Positions 1 through 6,518 of a stretch of 18,501 nucleotides of DNA are shown here, one piece after another. The notes below the pieces were generated by a model. The model was given only the letters and a program-made list of their open reading frames with translations. It was not told the origin of the DNA and searched no databases. Position numbers and translations under genes: made by a program. The stretch is from Candidatus Omnitrophota bacterium (GTDB lineage: Bacteria; Omnitrophota; Gorgyraeia; Gygaellales; Profunditerraquicolaceae). Position 1 is the stretch's first letter; each line of letters starts with the position of its first letter. The stretch lies in contig JBEKSD010000021.1 of NCBI GenBank assembly GCA_049517335.1, positions 1-18,501 of the forward strand, in the 5' to 3' direction.

Positions 1-31
1 TTGCCCTAAGGGCAATAACGTAGGAGGCGGT

Positions 32-187
32 ATGATAAAGAAGAGGATATTGTTTATCGACGACGAAGAAGATTTTACTAAATTCATAAAATTGAATCTT
101 GAGGAAACCGGAAAATATGAAGAATCGGCTCTCCAAAAAGGTGAAAAAAGTGACATCAAAACAACTTCTCTAGACTCCGCTCATTAA
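32..187 (+). pseudogene. Truncated response-regulator receiver (CheY-like) gene, 51 aa
   Basis: AGGAGG at 22-27, ATG at 32. Manual translation is MIKKRILFIDDEEDFTKFIKLNLEETGKYEESALQKGEKSDIKTTSLDSAH*. The first ~30 aa match the receiver beta1-alpha1 pattern (ILxIDDE); similarity is lost after ~nt 121, before the phospho-acceptor Asp. Not in the supplied ORF track. Confidence 0.75.
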
Positions 188-346
188 TTTTTGCACCCCC
201 TAAAGGCTATTTTTAAACAAAATACCATAATCGCACCCTGAAATCTATCTCTCTTTAGGCTTTATTTTCAGCTTATCCCGTCTTATTAAATTATTAGAAA
301 GCTGGCAAAAGGGCGGCTGGTACTGGTACAAAAATTATACACGTTT

Positions 347-386
347 ATAGACGATCCCCGCCTGTAAAGGCGGCGGGGTCGTCTAT
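347..386. terminator. GC-rich hairpin, probable terminator of the minus-strand permease or a REP-like palindrome
   Basis: ATAGACGA(T)CCCCGCC / GGCGGGG-TCGTCTAT: about 15 bp stem with a one-base bulge, 60 nt downstream of the permease stop. No strong U-tract. Confidence 0.5.
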
Positions 387-445
387 CTGCCATCTCAGTA
401 ACTTTCCTCTTGATGAGAGAGGATTATAGATTATAGCGCTGGTTC

Positions 446-2062
446 TTAATGAGGATCAGCGCTATTTTGTTGGTGAGTATGCTCGAAGTGAGGAGGAGTC
501 GGGTGTGCTTTATGATGTAGTAAACTGTGTTCGAAGCTGTAGGTGAAATAAACAATCAGCCCGATGATCAGCCAGACAACAAATCTTATCCAGGTAATAC
601 CGGGGAGCCCTGTCATTAGAAATACGCAGCTAGCTACCCCCAGAAGCGGAATGATCGGATTAAGCGGAACTTTAAAGGTGCGATGCCTTGATGGTTCTTT
701 GATACGTAGGATTATAATACCGAAGCAGACTAGGACAAAGGCAAAGAGAGTACCGATATTGGTCAGGTCAACCATTTCATCGATATTGGTTAAGGCGGCG
801 ATAGAAGCAATAATTACGCCAACGACAATCGTTGTAATATGAGGTGTTTTGAATTTTTCATGGACACGGGCGAAAACTTGCGGGAGAAGGCCGTCGCGGG
901 CCATGGAAAAGAAAATTCTGGATTGTCCGAGTATCAAGACCAGGAGTACTGCGATATGGGCCACAATAGAACCGAAGGCTACTAGAACCGCAGCCCAGGG
1001 AAGATTAATATACTGCATGGCTAAGGTCAATGGTTCAGCCTTTTCGTGAGCAAGGGATGTTTTTAATAGCGGGAAGGGGACAATGCCGGTAAAGACCGCT
1101 GCCACCAACATATAAATAATTGTGCAGATAACCAGTGAGCCTATTATCCCGATAGGCATGTTACGTTTAGGATTGCGCGTTTCTTCGGCAACGGTAGAAA
1201 TGCAGTCAAATCCGATATAGGCAAAGAATGCAATGGCAGCGCCTGCCTTAATTCCGGCGAACCCATTGGGCGCAAACGGAACCCAGTTCTGCGGTTTTAC
1301 GTAGAAAGAGCCGAGTGCCACAAAGAAACCAAGCACTAAAAGCTTCACGGTGACCATGGCGATATTAAACCGGGAACTATGTTTTATACCGGTTACCAGA
1401 ATCAGGGTTAAAAGCAGGACGATAAAGCCGGCAGGAATATTGCATATAATAGGCAAGCCAAAGATATGCGGCGCGCTATTAACCGCATTCCAGGCATTCT
1501 GCAACACCGGTTGCAGTTTATCAAAGGTGGTTCCAGAATTAAGAAACTCAGCAGCTTTGTGAAAGCCATGCATTGCCGAACGGTAGTCGATACTAGTCCA
1601 TGGGGGCAGGGTTATTCCGAATCCATGCAATAGTGCTGTGAAGTATCCTGACCAGCTGATGGCAACCGCGATGCTTCCTACGCAATACTCAAGCATCAGA
1701 TCCCAGCCGATAATCCAAGCAATCAATTCTCCAAATGAAGCATAAGAATAGGTATAAGCGCTGCCGGATATCGGGACAAGCGAGGCAAATTCGGCGTAAC
1801 AGAGGGCGGCGAAACAACAAGTCACCGCGGTGATGGCAAAAGAAATTATCAGAGCAGGTCCGGCTCCTGGACGCAATGCATCCCCGGCTGCAGCTGTTCC
1901 GACTGTGGCGAAAATTCCTGCACCGATGATAACACCGATACCAAGGAGGATAAGCTCAAATGGGCCGAGGACCTTTTTTAGCCGGTGACCGGGTTCATGG
2001 CTTTCGGCTAAAATCATATTCAGATCTTTAAGGCGGAATAGTTGGCGTGAGAGTCTTTTCAT
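446..2062 (-). CDS. APC-superfamily amino acid permease (cationic amino acid transporter-like, YfnA/CAT type)
   Basis: Motifs GIGVIIGAGIF, AGPALIISF, LCYAEFASLVPISGSAYTYSY, WIIGWDLMLEY, FFAYIGFD, EETRNPKRNMP, SRIFFSMARDGLLP; many TM helices; His-rich C-terminal tail. Confidence 0.95.
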   Translation of the reverse strand: MKRLSRQLFRLKDLNMILAESHEPGHRLKKVLGPFELILLGIGVIIGAGIFATVGTAAAGDALRPGAGPALIISFAITAVTCCFAALCYAEFASLVPISGSAYTYSYASFGELIAWIIGWDLMLEYCVGSIAVAISWSGYFTALLHGFGITLPPWTSIDYRSAMHGFHKAAEFLNSGTTFDKLQPVLQNAWNAVNSAPHIFGLPIICNIPAGFIVLLLTLILVTGIKHSSRFNIAMVTVKLLVLGFFVALGSFYVKPQNWVPFAPNGFAGIKAGAAIAFFAYIGFDCISTVAEETRNPKRNMPIGIIGSLVICTIIYMLVAAVFTGIVPFPLLKTSLAHEKAEPLTLAMQYINLPWAAVLVAFGSIVAHIAVLLVLILGQSRIFFSMARDGLLPQVFARVHEKFKTPHITTIVVGVIIASIAALTNIDEMVDLTNIGTLFAFVLVCFGIIILRIKEPSRHRTFKVPLNPIIPLLGVASCVFLMTGLPGITWIRFVVWLIIGLIVYFTYSFEHSLLHHKAHPTPPHFEHTHQQNSADPH

Positions 2063-2071
2063 ACTTCATAT

Positions 2072-2099
2072 ATTCTACTAGAAAAATTTAATTTGTTAA
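2072..2099 (-). promoter_or_regulatory. Sigma70-type promoter of the permease
   Basis: Minus strand reads TTAACA-16 nt-TAGAAT, ending 9 nt upstream of the ATG; no Shine-Dalgarno visible. Confidence 0.5.
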
Positions 2100-2185
2100 A
2101 TAAAAAATAAGTATTGAGCAAGCTCTTTAAAGCCAGAAATACTTAATGATAGTAATTATTTACATATATAATTAGGCTAACAAAA

Positions 2186-2293
2186 CGGGATTCACCTCTC
2201 AATTTTACCAATAGCTGTGTACGGAGAGTACATCCATTTGTCGAATATTACTGCCCGTCCCGACCGAGAATACCTCTTAGTTCGACACAAATT
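2186..2293. repeat. Diverged dispersed repeat, copy A (homologous to 16661-16762)
   Basis: CTCTCAATTTTACCAATAGCTGTGTACGGAGAG vs CTCTTAAATTCTACCATAGCTGTGTGTAAAGAG, followed by a second block with 19/28 identities (2266-2293 vs 16735-16762) at similar spacing. Confidence 0.55.
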
Positions 2294-2470
2294 CATCCCT
2301 TTAAAGCAATATCTTAAAGCTGCTTTTGCACTACTTCCTCCTTAAATTGATTATGAAGCCTTACTACAATTAGTTAAAAACCTATAATTATATGGTATAA
2401 TAACACAGCCTTAAGAAGTTTAATATGCTTTACTACTCTGGAGGGCAGATATAATTTTTGCACCATACGA

Positions 2471-2599
2471 GCTATTTTATTCCTAAGTAAACGCAACAGG
2501 AGAATAGCCAGTGTCTCTATATGGCATTTTGTGAAGAAATACCTTAAAGAAGCGTTGATAGAAAAGAGTAAGCTCTCGCCATATACCCTGTGGTATTTA
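2471..2599 (+). pseudogene. Tyrosine recombinase (XerC/D/integrase) remnant covering the patch III to box II region
   Basis: Manual translation AILFLSKRNRRIASVSIWHFVKKYLKEALIEKSKLSPYTLWY matches the LFLS...VKKY...AGI...SPHxLRH pattern, with HxxRH mutated to YxxWY. No ATG start and no C-terminal catalytic Tyr region. Confidence 0.75.
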
Positions 2600-2696
2600 C
2601 ATCTTTCATGCAGAGAGTCTTTCTGCCGCGCTGTATTTCTGAGCCTAAACCTAGTTCCCGAATAGGGTCTTTGGGTGTTGTAGCGCTTTGATAATC

Positions 2697-2724
2697 TTGA
2701 ATTAGCTGCTAACCAATATATAAT
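2697..2724 (+). promoter_or_regulatory. Sigma70-type promoter of the thioredoxin-CcdA gene
   Basis: TTGAAT-16 nt-TATAAT, 7 nt upstream of ATG 2732. Confidence 0.5.
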
Positions 2725-2731
2725 TAAATGT

Positions 2732-3946
2732 ATGTTTGCGCTTTTAGGAAATCATAATATGAAAAGCAGAATATTTATTATTTGTATATTTATTATTGCA
2801 ATAACTTTTTTCGCAACTGGCATTTCATATAGCAAAGAATACATTTCTAGTTTACCAACGTTAATTATTTTTTACTCCCCTGGTTGCCACGATTGTATCC
2901 ACATAAAAAAAGAGGTAATGCCTATCATTGATAAAGAATTTAAAGATCGGATTAAGGTAGAATACCGTGATATTGATGATATCGAAAATTATAAGTTGAT
3001 GTTGAGCTTAGAAGAGAAATATCATGCCAAAATAAACAATGTTTTTCCAATATTTTTCTTCGAAGGCCACTTCTTAAATGGCGAGGGTAACGTTAAGAAT
3101 AACTTAATGTTGCTTCTTGCAACGACATCAATGGCTATTACCGATATGCGAAAAGAGGCTTTGCCAAAGATAGATTTAGTCAAGCGTTTCAGTGGCTTTA
3201 CGCCTCTTGCCCTTATCGCTGTAGGGTTAATTGACGGCATAAACCCTTGCGCGGTTACGGTTATTGTATTCTTCATGTCTTTTCTGGCTTTTCAGGGTTA
3301 CAGGAAGCGCGAAATAGTGGTCATTGGCCTGATTTTTATATTCTCGGTGTATCTAACCTACGTATTAATAGGCTTAGGGATTTTTGAATCCCTATATAAA
3401 TTACAGGGTTTCTGGCTACTCACAAAGATAATCAATATTACGGTTGGCGTTATCAGCATTGCCTTTAGCATATACGCACTGTATGATTTTATTCAATACA
3501 AAAAGACAAAGTCAACCGATGATATGCTTTTATCTTTGCCTAAGGGTATAAAGAATCAGATACATAAGGTTATCGGAGCGTATTATCGAGCGCATAATAA
3601 GCCTCACGGAAGCACTTTTAAAAAACATCTTTTGGGTCTGGCCTTAAGTGCCCTGATTACCGGATTTTTAGTTTCGGTGTTGGAGGCGGTTTGTATTGCC
3701 AAGATCTACCTACCTACCATAATTTTTGTTTTAAGAACCACAAGCCTTAAATTAAAAGCCTTGTCTTATCTTTTGTTGTATAACCTGCTGTTTGTTTTAC
3801 CTCTATTTGTAATATTTCTTTTTGCGCTTTTCGGTACGACTTCCGAACGTTTCTCCGTGATATTAAAAGGGCACCTTGGAACAATTAAGATATTAATGGG
3901 AATTATGTTTCTCGGCTTGGGTATATTCCTGATTTTACGGGCGTAG
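2732..3946 (+). CDS. Thioredoxin/glutaredoxin-fold domain fused to a CcdA/DsbD-like cytochrome c biogenesis transmembrane domain
   Basis: N-terminal signal/anchor, FYSPGCHDC (CxxC) and VFPIFF cis-Pro-like loop; TM domain with GLIDGINPCA and LEAVCIAKIYLP, the two conserved membrane Cys of CcdA-type carriers. Alternative start at ATG 2759. Confidence 0.85.
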   Translation: MFALLGNHNMKSRIFIICIFIIAITFFATGISYSKEYISSLPTLIIFYSPGCHDCIHIKKEVMPIIDKEFKDRIKVEYRDIDDIENYKLMLSLEEKYHAKINNVFPIFFFEGHFLNGEGNVKNNLMLLLATTSMAITDMRKEALPKIDLVKRFSGFTPLALIAVGLIDGINPCAVTVIVFFMSFLAFQGYRKREIVVIGLIFIFSVYLTYVLIGLGIFESLYKLQGFWLLTKIINITVGVISIAFSIYALYDFIQYKKTKSTDDMLLSLPKGIKNQIHKVIGAYYRAHNKPHGSTFKKHLLGLALSALITGFLVSVLEAVCIAKIYLPTIIFVLRTTSLKLKALSYLLLYNLLFVLPLFVIFLFALFGTTSERFSVILKGHLGTIKILMGIMFLGLGIFLILRA

Positions 3947-3987
3947 AAAGAAAATCGAAGTTTAATAAAATATGACAAGTTATAACT

Positions 3988-4380
3988 ATGCGCAGGATTA
4001 AGCTAAGGTATTTTTTTCTTATATTTTTATCTATCTTAGCTCTTTCGTGTTCTCAAAGAGATACCTCATCGCCTCCAATTTTAGAATCAAATATAAGTTA
4101 TGCCACTAATGTTAGGGCAGGCGATTTTGCTCCAGGGCAACTCCAAGCACATTATTTGAAGCACGGATATCAGTTTGGTAACATTACTCAAGTCCAGTAC
4201 CTTGAAAACGCACGAGAACTCTTAAATGCATCTGCAGGGAATGATATCTTAGAAAAAACAAGGTCTGATGGCGATATTTTACATTATAGAGTAAGTACCG
4301 GAGAGTTTGCAGTTATGGCCAGAGATGGACGGATTAAGACCTATTTTAAAGCGGATTATCAATACTGGATGAGACAATGA
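3988..4380 (+). CDS. Putative lipoprotein with a C-terminal nuclease-toxin-like domain
   Basis: Basic N-terminus, hydrophobic stretch and LALSC lipobox. The C-terminal pattern HYLKHGYQFG...QY...A...RSDGD...Y...TGEF...DGRIKTYFK...YW resembles small RNase-type tips of polymorphic toxins (recognised by eye). Confidence 0.6.
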   Translation: MRRIKLRYFFLIFLSILALSCSQRDTSSPPILESNISYATNVRAGDFAPGQLQAHYLKHGYQFGNITQVQYLENARELLNASAGNDILEKTRSDGDILHYRVSTGEFAVMARDGRIKTYFKADYQYWMRQ

Positions 4381-4631
4381 ACGAAAAGCATTATATATGT
4401 CCTGTATGCGGTTTTGATGCATTAAAAGAATTACCTTATGACAAGCGAAACACGCCTTCTTATGAGATTTGTCCGTGTTGTGGCTTTGAGTTTGGGTTTG
4501 ACGGGGTTAATAACCAAATAGCATTTACTGATTTTCGCCAGCGCTGGATTAAAAATGGTGCCCACTGGTTTATCCCAAAATTAAAGCCAAAGAATTGGCA
4601 TCTACGGAAACAATTGAATAATCTTCTATGA
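4377..4631 (+). CDS. CPCC-type cysteine-rich protein, putative cognate immunity protein
   Basis: CPVCGF...SYEICPCCGFEFGFD...RQRW...GAHWF...PKNW...QL; ATGA overlap with the upstream gene indicates translational coupling. Confidence 0.7.
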   Translation: MNEKHYICPVCGFDALKELPYDKRNTPSYEICPCCGFEFGFDGVNNQIAFTDFRQRWIKNGAHWFIPKLKPKNWHLRKQLNNLL

Positions 4632-4737
4632 ATCTTAAACCCACTGCCTCTTTGATGTTTTCATACCTGTTTAGAGAGAGTGTTTTTATGGTGAGCCCCT
4701 TCTGGGCGTCCTAGTTGGGCGCAACTAGCCGTAGAAA

Positions 4738-4760
4738 AGCATAATTCTTTATGCTACAAT
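4738..4760 (+). promoter_or_regulatory. Extended -10 promoter overlapped by a palindromic operator-like site
   Basis: TG-C-TACAAT at 4752-4760; perfect inverted repeat AGCATAA-ttct-TTATGCT at 4738-4755. Confidence 0.4.
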
Positions 4761-4806
4761 AAAAAATAATTATTTTATTATCCAGAAACATAAGAGGATA
4801 AAGGCG

Positions 4807-5886
4807 TTGAAGAAATCACTTCGTATTAGCACAGTTTTATTTATCGGCCTATTTACATTTTTATCTATTCTCTCTTTTATCTCGGCTGGACATGATCGGC
4901 CGCTTTTTTATGCTAAATTCATATGGTCTTTGCTGGTATCTTACCTTGGTTTTTGTATATATCGGAATGGAGTCATTTCAAAATACAGATCAATTCTGTT
5001 TATTCTAATTGCCTTTTTCTTTTTTCTAGAATTTAAATTTTTCCGTTTTATATCTCTTACTAGAACAACAATCCCTCCATATTGTCATATTGCCCAAGCA
5101 CCCACGCTGTTTAATTTCCTTTATAGCCAATTTTTGGCTATAACCAGCGGTGAGTGGGGGATATGGGGCGTTTTAACCCTGGGGTTTCTTTGGCTTTTAA
5201 TAATCTTTACGATAGGCCAGGGGATCTGTTCCTGGGTTTGTTTTTACGGTGGGATAGATGAAGCATGCTCAAAAATCGCAAGAAAACCGTTAATAAAATT
5301 AAAGATTCCCAGGCCCTGGCGCGACTTTCCTATAGCCTTTTTAATATTTCTTTTGGTTGTATCTTTTCTGCAAGGGCTGCCTGTTTTTTGTACCTGGTTT
5401 TGTCCTTTTAAACTAACAGAAGCTTTTTGGGACAGCGATCCGGTTATTAAGACTGCTCAAACCGCGTTATTTTGGTCAGCTTTAGCGGGATTTGTAATCA
5501 TACTTCCAATTCTGACTAAAAAAAGAACATTCTGTTCCCTTATTTGTCCTTTTGGCGCGCTTGTAAGTATCTGCGGCAAAGTTAGTCCCTATAAAGTAAC
5601 TATAAATAAAGAGAAATGTATACACTGCGGAAAATGTCAGGATGTTTGCCCCGTATTTGCGATAGAAAACAAGAATTCAGATAAATACAAAGTCTCTTCC
5701 TTTTGCAATAGATGTGGGAAGTGTATCGACACTTGTCCTGTTAATGCGATAAATATATTATCTGAACAAAGTGGGCAACAGATTGATACGAGGGCTATCT
5801 TCATTTTTCTCTCCCTCTTGGTAACCGGGGTCATATCAGGTTCTTTTGTTCCGTGGGTCTTTTTACAATTAATAGGTCTAAAATGA
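4807..5886 (+). CDS. Membrane 4Fe-4S binding protein (NapH/MauN/YccM-like)
   Basis: TM helices with CSWVC, CTWFCP and CSLICPFG motifs plus two ferredoxin motifs CIHCGKCQDVCP and CNRCGKCIDTCP; TTG start preceded by GAGGA. Confidence 0.9.
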   Translation: MKKSLRISTVLFIGLFTFLSILSFISAGHDRPLFYAKFIWSLLVSYLGFCIYRNGVISKYRSILFILIAFFFFLEFKFFRFISLTRTTIPPYCHIAQAPTLFNFLYSQFLAITSGEWGIWGVLTLGFLWLLIIFTIGQGICSWVCFYGGIDEACSKIARKPLIKLKIPRPWRDFPIAFLIFLLVVSFLQGLPVFCTWFCPFKLTEAFWDSDPVIKTAQTALFWSALAGFVIILPILTKKRTFCSLICPFGALVSICGKVSPYKVTINKEKCIHCGKCQDVCPVFAIENKNSDKYKVSSFCNRCGKCIDTCPVNAINILSEQSGQQIDTRAIFIFLSLLVTGVISGSFVPWVFLQLIGLK

Positions 5887-6500
5887 TCCGAATAATTTTA
5901 GAAGGTCTGATGCTGGGTTTGTCTGCCGGAATTTATTGCGTCGGTGCATGCCTTGTTTTCTTCATGCCTTATCTTTTGGTAGAGGGCAAGCAGAAGATAT
6001 TCGAAAACCTAAGGAAGATATTGTCATTTATGCTGGGACGGCTCATAGCGTATATCGCTTTTGCGCTTATCATTGGTTTTCTAGGGTCGTCTTATCAAAA
6101 TATTTTTACAGTCAGATTCTCATATATCTGTCTGATTGTAGCATCATTATTGATGTTGTTCTATTCGTTAGCCCATAATTTTAGAGATTCCAGGTTTTGT
6201 GTACCTTTTATTAATCGTTTTAGTCTGATGCGCATACCATTTTTTCTCGGCCTATTTACGGGGCTAAATCCATGTCCGCCGTTTTTGGTGGGGGCTACCC
6301 GGCTTTGGACCCTAAACAGTATCTTGGGAGGCGTTATATTATTTATCGCATTTTTTATTGGAACATCTGTTTATATGATTCCGTTGATCTTTATCTCTTA
6401 TTTCAACAAGAGCGAAAGGATTAAACAAATAGGCCTGATGGTGGCTTTGCTTTCTAGTCTTTGGTTCTTATTTGTGGGGATATCGGGGTTAATACACTAA
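5883..6500 (+). CDS. DsbD_2 / TauE-SafE-like membrane protein (CcdA-related)
   Basis: About 6 TM helices; GLSAGIYCVGAC, FMLGRLIAY and GLNPCPPF motifs. Start placed at ATG 5883 (ATGA overlap with the upstream stop) rather than the GTG at 5853. Confidence 0.8.
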   Translation: MIRIILEGLMLGLSAGIYCVGACLVFFMPYLLVEGKQKIFENLRKILSFMLGRLIAYIAFALIIGFLGSSYQNIFTVRFSYICLIVASLLMLFYSLAHNFRDSRFCVPFINRFSLMRIPFFLGLFTGLNPCPPFLVGATRLWTLNSILGGVILFIAFFIGTSVYMIPLIFISYFNKSERIKQIGLMVALLSSLWFLFVGISGLIH

Positions 6501-6518
6501 ACTTATCTACGATCGATT

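Noticed and set aside
564-1562. Plus-strand ORFs 564-842, 849-1049 and 1350-1562
   Set aside because: Antisense shadows of the well-supported permease with no recognisable motifs.
2100-2345. Amino-acid riboswitch or T-box upstream of the permease
   Set aside because: No lysine, glycine, SAM or T-box consensus recognised; a promoter-like site lies directly at the start codon; the homologous copy at 16661 is not ahead of a transporter.
4632-4700. Minus-strand peptide LTIKTLSLNRYENIKEAVG as a transposase C-terminal remnant
   Set aside because: Too short, with only a vague resemblance that cannot be supported without a search.
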